Assembly (NCBI RefSeq): GCF_006345805.1
Contig: NC_043014.1
Span: forward strand, 20,150,001 to 20,214,000
Source: Octopus sinensis
Lineage: Eukaryota
Length of the DNA stretch: 64,000 nt
Direction of reading: 5' to 3'
Part shown: piece after piece, positions 12,620 to 26,473 of the stretch
Position numbering within the stretch: position 1 is the stretch's first letter
Layout: each line of letters opens with the position of its first letter
The notes under the pieces: generated by a model
Database searches by the model: none
Told to the model about the DNA's origin: nothing
Seen by the model: only the letters and a program-made list of their open reading frames with translations
Made by a program: the position numbers and the translations under genes

Positions 12620-12939
12620 ATGACTGACCATGGGGTTGCACCTAGGAAGTTACCCACCCAAGCACAAGTCCGGGTAAGGTTGTTTATGGAAGATCAGCAG
12701 TTACCCATGCATACCGGCCTCCCCTCTCCACGGCACCAGTGTTATCCAAGGGAAAGGCAAAGGCCGATACAGCTTGGCCCCTGTGACATCGCAGCGCATT
12801 TCTGCAGCTGAGTGACCTGGAGCAACGTGAAATAAAGTGTCTTGCTCAAGAGCACAATACACAGCTCGGTCCGGGATTCGAACTCACAACTTCATGATCG
12901 TAAGCTTGACGCTCTAACCACTGACCCATGCGTTTTCAC
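12620..12939 (-). mobile_element. SINE family B2 (family B head and core, different 3' half)
   Basis: A/B boxes and cttgagcaagacactttatttcacgttgctccag as in family B; the tail is unrelated to the 3880-4204 copy. Confidence 0.85.
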
Positions 12940-13524
12940 ATTAGCATATATTATAACGACATTAAAGAGATGAAATCGTTGAGTCGATTCATAAACATAG
13001 GTGGACTAAGCAAGTCAACGCATCATGATATCATTGACAAAATTCGCCATGAAAAGTAATATCTCTTATTCGGTGTAGCAATTCCAACAAGCGAGAATGC
13101 CTCTTTACAAGAAAAATGGATAAATTTAACTGCAAAGGGAACATTTTAATCACGCGGCCATGCTTGCATAGTATCAAAGTAATGGCATTGCATAATTGTG
13201 GAACAGATTTGTTTTCAAAGAATGATGTCAATTTCAAAATGGCGTATATTTAAATTATATTTCCTCTGTTGCCGCAGCTGCCTCGTTTAAATATTCTACG
13301 TTGACGACGCTATGTTTGAAATAAAAAATAAATTGCAAATTTCATAAGCTCCATTTGATGTTATCCATTTATTTATCTAATACATTATCTTTGTAGGAGA
13401 TTTGACATACATTGACTCATACATATATGCAAATATACATATATGTACCCAAGCATATATTAATACATTATCATACACAAAAATAGTCACAAGCACACAT
13501 ACACATATACAAACACACACACAA

Positions 13525-13557
<33 letters not shown>

Positions 13558-13882
13558 CACTAACACACACACAACACACAAACACACACACACGCAATTA
13601 CATTAATACACGCCTCAGAAACACATATCTAAATATTTGAATGCATGTGTGCGTATCGAAGATCATTAAGGGCATACATACGTATGCAAGAGCAGCATAC
13701 ACACAGAAGATACACACATCTGCACTAACTTTTTTATACCTTCTTTCTACGTCTCTGTCTTTCTTTGCTTCTTTCACTCACTCTCTACTTCTCTTTCGCA
13801 AACATAAAGAGAGAAACTTATGAAATGTTGATATACACATATCTATATATATATATGTGCTTATATCAATGTGCGTGTATAA

Positions 13883-13933
<51 letters not shown>

Positions 13934-14310
13934 TATGTGTGTGTGTAATGCGCACACGCGCATACTTTTTATATATTGATTTCGAGATGACGCTCTGCCG
14001 TAATTGCTTCTTCAGTATATACATTATTTTTGAAAGATATTTTTAAAATACTTTAATATTATTGCATCCATTATTATTAATCTATAATTATTATTATTAT
14101 CAACATCGTCCTGATCATCGTTATCATCTTTATCCTCATCATCATCATCATCATCATCATAATGTTGACTAGTTTTTTTTTTTCGTTTAATTATTTACTT
14201 TCATTGGTATAATGGACTTTCATATTTTCTGTTGGTTTTTGAAGTTATTTATATAGATCAAAGACTATATAGCCTTTTCTGTTGATATAACATCCTTTTG
14301 GAGGGATTAT

Positions 14311-14424
<114 letters not shown>

Positions 14425-14792
14425 GTGGTGTGTGTGTGTGTGTGTGTGTGTGCGTATGCGTGTCCAAGCGGGAGAGTATAGAAAAGAGAGACAGACAGAC
14501 AGACCAGGGAGAGATTTAGGCGTGTTCTTAAACTTGTAGAAAAAATTATTCTTTTCTTCTTTTCTTCTTTGTCATCTAATTTGGTTTATTTCTTATTTCA
14601 CTTTCTATTGAAAGCCTTCACGTCATATCTCTTATTTGTTCTCTTGTTTGTGCCCTTGTTTGCTCTTTCTTTTAATTTTTTTTTAGTACATTTAAGCAAT
14701 CATTGGAGATTTATTGAATATTCTTGCTATTATTAGAACAAGGAAAGAAGGATTTTAGACTAAGGCATTATAAAAATCCCTACGCTTTAAAT

Positions 14793-14990
14793 CAGTGGTT
14801 TTCAACCACTTTTTATCTAAGGGCTTTTTATTCTTATTTTACTATGTTAAAACCCCATAACCAATCGGTGGATAAAAATTTCTATTATATTTTTATAATT
14901 AAATATTATCAGGAATTGTTTATTATACAAGTACAAGCAATATATTGTTCCTAGATTTTAACAAGATTTTTACACGAAGCTCTAAGAGCA
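14793..14990 (+). mobile_element. Possible hAT-type MITE end
   Basis: Begins cagtggttttcaacc, which resembles hAT/Charlie TIR starts; no partner TIR found. Confidence 0.3.
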
Positions 14991-16915
14991 TACTTTGAGA
15001 ACTACTACTCGATCTTGCTTTGCTCTCGAAAATATATATTCCAGATATCTGATCAACATAACGACGTACTCGCTGTATTGCAGTGCAAACGGCCGAGTAT
15101 TCCACAAGCTCCATTTGCATAACGGTCGCGCAAGCTCAACGTGACATTATGTCTGACAAGGATGTCCTCCTGAATTGCAGGAAACACCCTCACGGAACAG
15201 ACTTTATCAGCATTTTACTCCAAGTCGGTTTTACTAAAGAAGGTTCTACTAAAAGATACTTGTTACATAATCATGGGATCTTGTGTTCAGTGTCATAAGG
15301 ATCATACACACATATTTACACATAAGTTCACATACACACAATCATGCATTCATAAGGAATACAACATATTCTATTCCCAAGATTCATCTAAGAGGATTAT
15401 GATGGGCAGATAACTCAGCCTTGCAGTTGCGATTCTCCTATCATTAAGTTAGTTTGGAGTCAAAGAGGTATCCCCAAAATAGAATAAAACTAAGAAATAA
15501 CCTCTCTACGAGCTAGAAATAGAAGCAAAATATCCTACACATTGTAGCCTGTTGCCTTCAAAGGGACACATTGGCTGCTGTAGTTTTAAGGATACTATCA
15601 CTAAAAAAGTTGGCGGAATTGTTACGCCTGGGGCGTCTTTGATTATTTGGATGTTCTGTTTTGTCTGAATTCAAAACCAAATTACAATTACTACAGTTCT
15701 CTATCGAATAAAGTGAAATTGCAATCAGGTTATTTTAGTAATCCAACAAGGGCTCAGATGTCACAAAATTAGCCCTAGGATTTTGACAAGGTAGTTTATA
15801 AATGCAGAATGTACAGACGGAAAAGACACTCAGAAGTCTCTGAAATTAAGCTGCAACTATTCCGCTAACCCCGCACCCGAATGTTTATGTAAAGATGACG
15901 AGGGCAAGATTCAAACGCTCAGCGAAGAGAACTGGAACAGTCATCTTTTATACAAAACACTTTAATCTTAATAGGAAGAAACTCGACACTTTCGAAAACA
16001 TAGTCTTAGAAGCACGATGTCATAAAGATTGACGGAATAGTAAAAGCTACATCATCCTTGATCTTAGGTCTGCTTAATTCTGTCTAGCCTGGAGCTGAAC
16101 AACGACTTGCACACTTCTCTCTCTTTTGCTCTTCCCCCACACATGAAATACACACACACACACACACAAACACACCGATATGCGCAGAAACAAATGAAAA
16201 CGTTCAGAGATACTCTATTCCTTCTTGTCTTTTCTCTCATTCTCAGTCCTCACCTCTTTCTCGCTCTCTAGCTCTCGACGTTTTCCTTTCCCCTTCGGCC
16301 ATTTATAATAATTGATGTTAGCGTTAGCGCATTGTGATAGTACACGACACAAGCACACATATGCAAATTTAGGAACTCACACACATATTTACAGTTCCAC
16401 ACTCACTCTCTCCCATTCTTGCTTCTCTTCATTTTGAATCTACCTCTACTTGATTCTTTTTTAAAGCAATTTTGCATTAGTAATTATTAGAGCCAGCTGG
16501 GGCTCTGTCTAATGTACCTCGATGACACGCGAACCCACAAATACATGTACATACACTGCATAGACATAAGCATCAAAATGAAACATGAATATACGTAAAA
16601 AAAGTTATCCAAATATACACTTACACACACATATACACACCATACAAACATGCACATAAGTACTGGGGTCGATTTGTTTGGCTAAATACTTCAAGGACGC
16701 TTAAGTTTCTTTTTTTAGTACGGCTGTAAACCAAAGACTGAAACAAGGCTGACAGTCTCCTCCTCTCTCTCTCCCCATATATATATGTGTGTGTGTGTAT
16801 GTATATATATATATATATATATAACATTAATTCGAGACAAAACCACTATTTTGCAAAACAAACAAGGAAAGACTTAATCAATACATAAAAATTTTTAATA
16901 TAAAGAAATAAACCG

Positions 16916-16958
16916 CCACTACAATCGTTTCATGTCTTCAATGACATTCGTCAGGTGG
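16916..16958 (-). ncRNA. Minimal type I hammerhead ribozyme, intact core
   Basis: Exact reverse complement of 17001-17043. Confidence 0.88.
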
Positions 16959-17000
16959 ATTTTCGATCTCCTAATCTGTTTTAATTAGGAGATCGAAAAT

Positions 17001-17043
17001 CCACCTGACGAATGTCATTGAAGACATGAAACGATTGTAGTGG
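17001..17043 (+). ncRNA. Minimal type I hammerhead ribozyme, intact core
   Basis: ccac | CTGACGA | atgtc attgaa gacat | GAAA | cgattg | TA | gtgg: stem I 4 bp, stem II 5 bp, quasi-palindromic stem III, GUA site. Confidence 0.9.
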
Positions 17044-17242
17044 CGGTTTATTTCTTCATATTAAAAAATTTTATGTATTGATTAAGTCTTTCCTTGTTTG
17101 TTTTGCAAAATAGTGGTTTTGTCTCGAATTAATATTATATAATATTTTACTATAAAATTGGATTTAATCCTAAATCTGATTTTTTCCCTGTAAATTTGGA
17201 TTTATTCCCTAATATTTATTATTATATATATATATATATACA

Positions 17243-17665
17243 TTACTTTTTTTAGTCATTAGACTTCGGCCATTTCAAGGCACTGTCTTGAAGGGATTTA
17301 GTCGAACAAATCGAACCCAGGACTTGCTTTTTAAAGCCTAGCATTTATCTTATCGATCTCTTTGCCTAACCGCTATGTTACAAGGATGTAAACACGCCAA
17401 CACTGGTTGTAGGGACGAACACAGACATAAAGCCACTCACAGATATGTGTGTATATATATATATATATATTATATATATATATATAATATATATATATAT
17501 ATGACTGACTTCTTTCCGTTTCTGTCTACCAAATCCACCCACCAGTATTTGGTCGGCGCGAGGCTATAGTAGAAGACAAATGCCCAAGGTGTTACGCAGT
17601 GAGACTGAAGCCGAAACCACGCGGTTGGGAAGCAAGCGCCTTACCACCCAGCCATGCTTGCGCCT
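17243..17665 (-). mobile_element. SINE family A, diverged
   Basis: Homologous to 12216-12604. Confidence 0.9.
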
Positions 17666-18169
17666 TCACATATATATATATATATATACATCTAATGTAG
17701 GATAAAAATTTTTTCGAAAAAAAATGTTATCAATGACCAGCATATTAAAAAATACCTTTAAATGTTAAATTTATAAATAACTTATAAAATAAGGGCAAAA
17801 GTTAATTCATAAGAATTTCCCCCTCTTCAGCAATAAGTATTTATGAACCACACACGCTATATACTTGGACTTCACTCCAGCTTTATTATCTTAAGATTAT
17901 TATTCATTCTATCTTCTTTTCAGACGAACTACTAAGTTACAGGGACCTAAACACACCAACTCTCCTACAGTCACAAAGGTTTGTACTGACGAAGGATTTT
18001 ACTTTTTCAAATTCATAATACGCTTTGATTGCATTAATATGAATCTAAGCAACAAAGAGAAGCCCGTGTAGGTAACATGGTTTGACTACTATAATAGATA
18101 TATTGATTATTCTGCGGATGCATTCTCCAGTATGTTTGGATCGCAATGTGTATGTGTATGTACATATAT

Positions 18170-18537
<368 letters not shown>

Positions 18538-19131
18538 AATGCATATATTTGTATGATAGACTTCTGTCAGGTTTTGTCTACCAGGTCCACTTGAACTTTC
18601 TCACAGCTTTCGAACCTGGTGAAGAAAAGAAAGGGAATTTTCTCCAAAGAAGAGACTTAGCCAGTATACCTTTCCCAGAATAGCACATTTGCTAAAGACA
18701 CAAAACTATCAGGTGGTAATACGGCGTTGATGCGAAGGTTAGACTGAGTCTAACACACAATAAAGTAAATAATTCAGGCAAAAACTTCCACAGTTTCTGC
18801 CTATGGAATTTTAAAGCATTTACATGACTCGAAGGTTGCAAAGCCCTCTTTCTAACCACAGAGCCGTGTCTGCACACAAGTTCTTCAAAACTGGCGTCCG
18901 TTTTATAGTAAAACATAGACGTCGATTTGAGATTACTTGTGAGATAAAACTATTTATTTTTCTCTTTGTTTCAGAAAAAGTTAATGATCAATAAGTCACT
19001 GAGTGTTTTGGAAGAATATCAAATTCCCGTCAACACTGGCAACTAATACATACTTAGGTACGTACATGTACACACATTTGTACGTAAAGATGAGTGTATG
19101 CGCTAGCGTGTGTTTAATGACATAAAATAAC

Positions 19132-19165
<34 letters not shown>

Positions 19166-19229
19166 ATATTTATTATAAGATAAGAAGGTAATAAAAGCAT
19201 CATATATCTATATCTATCTATTTATCTCC

Positions 19230-19264
<35 letters not shown>

Positions 19265-19366
19265 TATATATAGTTTTTTATGTTTCTTCTAAATAAATAA
19301 TATTGCTTTCTAAATATATTACAGTGAAACCCCACCCAGCTTACTTGATAGAGCAATGTTTCCCCG

Positions 19367-19736
19367 GCCATGTAGTTCAGGTTTCAGTCTCCCTACGTGG
19401 CACCTTGGGCAAGTGTCTTCTACTATAGCTGCGGGCCGACGAAAGTGAGTGGATTTAGTAGACAGAAACTGAAAGAAGCCCGTCGTATGTATGAGTGTGT
19501 GCATACATTTGTGTGTATGTGTGTGTGTGTGTGTGTTTGTGTTTGTCCCTCCACCATCGCTTGTCAACCGATGTTAGTGCGTTTACGTCCCCGTAAATTA
19601 GTACTTCGACAAAGAGACCGATAGAATAAGTAATAGGCTTACAAAGAATAAGTCCTGAAGTCGATTTGCTCGAGTAAATATGGTGCTCTAGCATAGCGCA
19701 AGCAAATTGCTGAAACAAATAAAAGAATAAAAGAAT
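19367..19736 (+). mobile_element. SINE family A, 5'-truncated
   Basis: gtggcaccttgggcaagtgtcttctactatag...aaataaaagaataaaagaa. Confidence 0.9.
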
Positions 19737-20959
19737 ATATCTGTGATACTATATTATCCAACTTATCACTCTTATTAAAAGCTATAGTTTGTGATTGAAA
19801 AGGAATCTGGCTTCTATTTCTAGTTCGAATGTTCTTGTTGCGGTTTTTCTCTGGGTTTACAAATGCATATGTGAAAAACAGTGACTAGAGAGAAAACAAA
19901 AGACGAAGATAAAGACATGAAGCCATATGAAACTCTAATGTACTTACGTGATTGCATACACAAATCGCATTGAATCACGTGTGTGAATGAGTTTATGTAC
20001 GTACATGTGCTAAGAAGCCGAAAAAATGTGGGCTTAACCGAAGAGTACGAGGAACACGAGAAGTAACTGTGGTGAGGAAGCTACACAAATTGTGATATCG
20101 ATAGAGAAATAGTTATGAATTGGAAACAGAAAAACAGGGAGAGGGAGGGAATGGAAGTGAGAGAGAATGAGAGAGAGACACAGAGAGAGAGAAACAGACA
20201 GACAGAGAGTGGGAGAGAGAAACAAGCGTTGTAGTTGATAGAAAGAAACAGAGAGAAAGGTTCAGTGTGAAAGGAAGTGATATACTCTACTACCGAGAGA
20301 AGGGGAGAAAAAGTGAGACGCTGATAGCAGAAAACAAAATCATTTTTCATTACACGTTATGTCACATCAAAAATCGAAAGTGCAAGTGACATATCAGCTG
20401 ACCAAATAATAATACAAATATAACAGATTATTTATGTGTAATCAGTGAGAATATTTGGTTTTATTTAGTGACAAAATATTATGTAAATTATTGAGGAATC
20501 AAAAGGAAATAGTATCGTTTTGTTGTTTACGTGTGTTTAGACGCCGCCATTAAATTTCTATATTGCCATCATAATTTATAACGAACTTAGGTATTTAGCG
20601 CGTTAATAAATGAAGTTAATTTTTTTCCCGATGAATCTCTTCGTAAGACAGTTTCATTCATCAGGATGTGTAGTAAATGCAAACAGTGGTTAACAACCAC
20701 AATCTTCTAGAAGAAATCAGCTCAAGAACCAAACAATCGATAAGGATAATGTAAAGGAACTAAACGCGAGAGTAAGACGTATGATATTTATGTCTCATAA
20801 TCAAAGATATAGAGCTGATGTTATTTCATACGACCAGCGATCATTAAAAGACAATACAATATCATTTTACTTGATGTTAATATTTTTAATATTTTATACG
20901 TATTTTAATGACAAGTCATGACATATATACAAAAACATCCACACACATGTGTGTGTATG

Positions 20960-21032
<73 letters not shown>

Positions 21033-21071
21033 ATATATGTATATCGACACAGAGACATACACACATATATA

Positions 21072-21921
21072 TACGTGGTCTGATCAATATGTATCCGGAC
21101 TGTTGTCATAGTAGCGACGCTAAAGCACGCAGAGTAAAGCCGATTGATACAGATTGACCTTGAACTCTGCTGTCCATGGGTACTAAGTTTTAACGTTCTA
21201 ACTTACTTCTGTTGTTTACAGCAGTGCTTCGAAGTAACGTATGTAGCATGTGTTCGTTGCATTGACCATGACAGGTAAAGTTGAGCAGAGAATCTGCATC
21301 AAGTCTTGCCAAAAGTTTGGCGATATCTGCTCAGAAGCCTACGCAAAGTTTTCGAAAAGATTTCATCGTTCTGGACACAATCAAGGAGATTTTGCGCAAC
21401 TGAAATCTGAGTGTCTTTCGGTCAGCTGAAAGCGTCTCATACCCAAATCTTCAGTGATAATGAACTGAACTGAACCGTAACTAATCTGCACATCCTCTGA
21501 TAACTCACGGATGACGAATCGACGATTTCCCTTCACAGCTGCACGCAGATCTGCGATGCTTTTCTCATTTCTACTGGTTGCAGGTCTCCCAGAACGTTCG
21601 TCACTATCGACATATTTCGGCCATACTAGAAACGTCTGAACCACTCATACACTCCTCTCCATACACTTTCTGCGACTTTGCGTGTACCTCTAAGCAGGTA
21701 TCGCCATGACAACTTTCTCTGTCATAGTCAATACGACGATCACACGTTACACATGTTATTTCGAAGCACTGTTGTAAACATCGGAGGTGAGCTAGAACGT
21801 TAAAACTTAATCTACATGCACAGCAGAGGTTAAGGTCACCCTGTGCCAAGCTGCTTCACTCTGCGTGCTGTAGCTTCGTTACTATGGCAACAGACCAGAT
21901 ATTTATTGATCAGACCTCGTA
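21072..21921. mobile_element. Non-autonomous mariner derivative built from two inverted 5' ends
   Basis: TA|cgtggtctgatcaata ... tattgatcagacctcg|TA, with ~290-bp inverted arms. Transposase N-termini lie on both strands: MTGKVEQRICIK on +, and SDERSGRPATS...IRELSEDVQISYGSVQFIITEDLGMRR on -. Confidence 0.88.
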
Positions 21922-22863
21922 TGCGTGTGTGTGTGTGTATGCATAATTTTGATATTAGTTATATAATGAGTGTATTTAGATACAATGTAGTGGAAAGTAA
22001 AAGCGATAATATTAATTAATTCTAACGGATGCACTTAGAGACCAAAAAATATAGTTTCTTACAAAACCTTTAACGAATACCGCATTTGGTTTTCGGCACT
22101 ATATTGGCAGTAGAATCGAATACTTTCTCCGTGTAATCTGACGGTAGATTTGATGATTTCTTTAATATTATTATCTTAATAGAAATAGAAGTTTATGTAA
22201 AAGTTAAACCATAAAAATCAATGACGTCAGTAAAGAAAAAAATAATAAGAGAAGTAGCGAAGAAAATACATAATATTTCTATTTAGATATTTTCGTGGGG
22301 AATGTACTTACAGGAACGTAGTTAAATAACAGCTTGTTAAAACATGCGGTACGATATGTAATAAGCTTCTTATCTGTAACCACATACATGTATGTGCGTG
22401 CGTTTAAGTTTGTGAATATGGACATGAGTATGTGCGTGTGTATATGTATGAAATGTGTGTGCATATATATATTTGTATGTAAATATGTCACATCTGTGTA
22501 TCTATTATTGTATAACACTATGTGTGTATGTATGTGTGCGTCTGTGTGAGTATGTCTGTGTGTGTGTGTGTGTGTGTCTATCTGTGCTTGTGTGTGTATG
22601 TGTCTACACTCTTCAGTTAAATCTGAGGATATATAAGCATTTATGGGAGAAATACTACAAGATTATCAAAAATAAGCAAGAGACTAGTCCTTGAAGAAAA
22701 CTAGCTCAGGGAACTAGAAGCAAGGAGAAGAGGAAGTGATGAGGAATGATGGATATTTAGATAGCAAGATAAACAGATATAGGCATATCTGCGAGTGTTT
22801 GTGTGTGAGAATGTGTATGTGTGTGTATGCATATATATATACATATACATATATATATATATA

Positions 22864-22969
<106 letters not shown>

Positions 22970-23354
22970 ATAGTGTAGTGTAGTTCTATCTGTGTAAACT
23001 TCTCTACCATTTCTTAGTTGCCAGTAAGTTACATAAGTGACTCAAGAGCCTTCAGCTTCGTGCAAGGGACCTATCAAACTCGCATAAAATTTTCAGACTA
23101 GGTTTCCTATATAGATTAAATTACAATTATTTCTCAAACATTTAATACAAATTAAATTAGAGAATCTCGTGAAAACTGCATTTATCCAATTGTCTACTCG
23201 TATACAAGTATGTATATTTATATAAACACATATAGACACGCACCATCGCGACTAAATCATTCAAAGTGGAAACTGAAACAAAGCTTATATAAACATACAC
23301 CTACATATATACATGTATAATCCTTTCTATTACAATCCCTATGTCTAATACATT

Positions 23355-23458
23355 TTAGGGGAAGGGTCTAGTAAACTACATCGATCCCAGATTTCAACTA
23401 GCTCTCAATTCATTGAACCCGAAAAGATTAAATGCAAAATCGACTTCGACGGAACTTA
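23355..23458 (-). mobile_element. SINE family C fragment, decayed
   Basis: atcgatcccag...cccgaaaagattaaatgcaaaatcgacttcgacggaa. Confidence 0.65.
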
Positions 23459-23841
23459 TACATGTATAATATAAATATATATACTAATACACGTATACAC
23501 ACATTAACATACACACGTGCGGGCTCACACACAAACGTACGCACATGCATTTTGCTAAACAAAAAACGTTACTTCTTCCAAAGGCTTTTTTATGCAAAAC
23601 AAACCTGTTCACTACTATCAGAAAGAGCCCATTCCTCGCAATGTAATTGTAACAACCTCGATATTTCAATTCTCAAAGCATTGTTTTTTAATTTTAGTAT
23701 ATTTCCCTAAAGACCGTTCTGTAGATGACAATGAAAGAAGGCTTATAAGGTTGAATGAAAGCCTTTTCAACAATGCACTAATGAATCTGGAATCTCAATG
23801 AACATAGGTACATATTAACATGTGAACACATATATGTATAT

Positions 23842-23908
<67 letters not shown>

Positions 23909-23934
23909 GTATGTATATATACATACGTACAAAC

Positions 23935-23985
<51 letters not shown>

Positions 23986-23986
23986 C

Positions 23987-24320
23987 AAGTGTTTTCTGCT
24001 ATAGCCCCGGGCCGACCAATGCCTTGTGAATGGATTTGGTACACGGAAACTGAAAGAAGCCTGTCGTAAATATGTATATATATATATATGTGTGTGTGTG
24101 TGTTTGTGTGTCTGTGTTTGTACCCCTAGCATTGCTTGACAACCGATGCTGGTGTGTTTACGTCCCCATCACTTAGCGGTTCGGCATAAGAGACCGATAG
24201 AATAAGTACTGGGCTTACAAAGAATAAGTCCCGGGGTCGATTTGCTCGACTAAAGGCGGTGCTCCAGCATGACCGCAGTCAAATGTTTGAAACAAGTAAA
24301 AGAGTAAAAGAGTAAAGAGT
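23987..24320 (+). mobile_element. SINE family A, 5'-truncated
   Basis: Very close to the 3' part of 4496-4902; (taaaagag)n tail. Confidence 0.95.
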
Positions 24321-24455
24321 ATACATTAGAGAATAAAAGTAAGAAAAGTTATATCTTAAAAATCACAGCCGGGATAAGACCATAATACAAGCAATATTGT
24401 ATTAATAAATAAATAGATAAAGTACAGTTATGATCATTAAAAATATTTTTGAAAG

Positions 24456-24546
24456 TACTTACGATCGTTTCATGAATATACTACCTCTCAAAATGAAATC
24501 TAAAGTTAATAGCCATTACTGGGAATTATATCCACTCGTCAGAGAA
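24456..24546 (-). ncRNA. Type I hammerhead motif, intact core, long stem II
   Basis: ct | CTGACGA | gtggatata ... tatattcat | GAAA | cgatcg | TA | ag. Stem III is a perfect palindrome; stem I is weak in this copy. Confidence 0.75.
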
Positions 24547-25071
24547 AAGGATAAATTTCAGCGTAGTAAATTGAATAATGGAAATCCTATTTAAAATCGG
24601 ATGAGAACAGTGTTGTTTAAAAAGTTGTTAGTATAAATCTGTGTTGATATAAATTTGAGCTAAAAATTTTGGAAATATAAAATAAATCTATGGTAAAATC
24701 CGTGGAAAGAATCCGTAATGTTTGCGTGTAGATAGAATTCCCATAATTCATTTCCTCTGAGGAAAGGAATTATGAGAATTCTATCTACACACAGCCATTA
24801 CAGATTCTTTCCACGGATTTTAAAATGGATTTATTTTATATTTCCAAATTTTTAGCTCAAGAGGAAATGAATTATAGGAATTGTATCTACGCACAGCCAT
24901 AACAGATTATTACCACAGATTGTACCGTGGATTTATTTTATTTTTTCAAAATTTTTAGCTCAAATTTATATCAACACAGATTTATACAAATAACATTTTA
25001 AACAACACCTTTCTCATCCGATTTTAAATAGCATTTCCATCATTCTGCTTACTACACTGAAATGCATCCTT

Positions 25072-25162
25072 TTCTCTGATGCGTGGATATAATACCCAAT
25101 AATCGTTATTTACTTTAGATTTCAATTCGAGAGGTAATATATTGATGAAACGATCGTAAGGA
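25072..25162 (+). ncRNA. Type I hammerhead motif, A9-to-C mutated
   Basis: ttct | CTGATGC | gtggatata ... tatattgat | GAAA | cgatcg | TA | agga. Confidence 0.65.
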
Positions 25163-26051
25163 CTTTCAAAAAAAAATTTTAATGTTCATAGCTGTACTTT
25201 AACTATTTATATATTAATACAATATTGCTTGTATTATGGACTTATCTTTACTGTGATTTTTAAGATATAGCTTTTCCTAGTTTTACTCTCTAATAAATTA
25301 TCTGTCAAATTGAATCTCTAAATACCTTTTGAGGTTTTAGACATTTCTCATACAAAGAGCACTTATATGAAATCCAGTACACTTTGTTTTAAAAGGACAT
25401 ATTAAAAAAAAAATATATATATATATATATTGCTTGGACACTGGCTTTTCTTATTAGGTTTTCCCCTTATCTTAAAAATTCTTAATCGATGAACTTTTCT
25501 CGTCTCATTTATTTGAGCACTTCTATAGCAGTCTTATTAACCCTATTGTTCCTAATAAGAAACAATCACTATTATTATATATATATGTGTGTGTGTGTGT
25601 GTATTAGCTGAAAGCTCACAATATCCACTTTCGATAGGGAAATACAAAATTTTGTGACGTCTAATATCTTATCCTTTGGTGTATAAAAAGTACAGTAGTA
25701 GATTCGAAAGACGATCATTCATGAAGTTGGACACATGCAAAAGTTCCTCATCACCTTATTATAATGTTATAACAAAGATAATATTATATCTAAGAAAATT
25801 ACTGCAAACAGTCTTTTCACTGTTATAATTCAAACTTGCAGACACACTCCTTTCTTAAATTATCAGTTATATGATCTTTCATATTTTACCTGTAAAAATA
25901 ACCTAATGCCACGGCATCTGTTAAACTGCGGATGGCAGTTGCCGTTTCCAATAGTTAATGCACACACAGACACACACACACACACACACACACACACGAA
26001 CTCACACGTACACACGCACGTAGTCATGTATACTTACGTATATTTATATGC

Positions 26052-26084
<33 letters not shown>

Positions 26085-26106
26085 TATGTATGTTTGTATA
26101 TATACA

Positions 26107-26411
26107 GGCGTATGTATGGTTGTGTGGTAAGAAGCTTGCTACGCGCAGGCGTGGGTGTGTGGTGAGAAGCTTGCAAGGTGCAGACGTGGCTGTGTGGTAA
26201 GCAGCTTGCTTCACAACCACAGGGTTCTGTGGTTGTACAACTAGTGTCGGTATGTTTATGTACTCGTAACTTATCGGTTAGGCAAAAGACACCGATAGAA
26301 TAAGTACTAGGCTTACAAAGGATAAGTCTTGGGGTCGATTTCTTCGACTAAAAGTGGTACTCCAGCTTGGCCACAGTCAAATGACTGAATCAAGTAAAAG
26401 AATAAAAGAAA
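26107..26411 (+). mobile_element. SINE family A variant with triplicated head and internal deletion
   Basis: Three tandem ~34-nt heads ending in agcttgc, then the family A 3' half. Confidence 0.85.
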
Positions 26412-26473
26412 ATATGTGCGTGTCTGCCTGCGCACGTGTATACATACACATATATATTTACATACATATATAT

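Larger units (their letters stand above)
16826..17225. mobile_element. Young fold-back element in (TA)n (inverted PLE pseudo-LTR pair plus tail)
   Basis: 150-bp arms 16826-16975 and 16984-17133, an 8-nt spacer and 2 mismatches; ~90-nt unpaired tail; (TA)n on both sides. Confidence 0.88.
24325..25415. mobile_element. Large fold-back element (inverted PLE pseudo-LTR pair) with internal 102-bp duplication
   Basis: Left arm 24325-24757, centre 24758, right arm to 25294 containing tandem copies 24759-24860 and 24861-24963; a tail runs to (TA)n at about 25413. Confidence 0.85.

Noticed and set aside
13020-13410. Repeat-free stretch with TCF-, YY1- and homeobox-like words as an enhancer
   Set aside because: Short motifs are expected by chance in AT-rich DNA; conservation data would be needed.
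20646-20670. CUGAUGA-au-GAAA-cug-UC on the minus strand
   Set aside because: Core letters are present, but stem II is only 2 nt and stem I does not pair.
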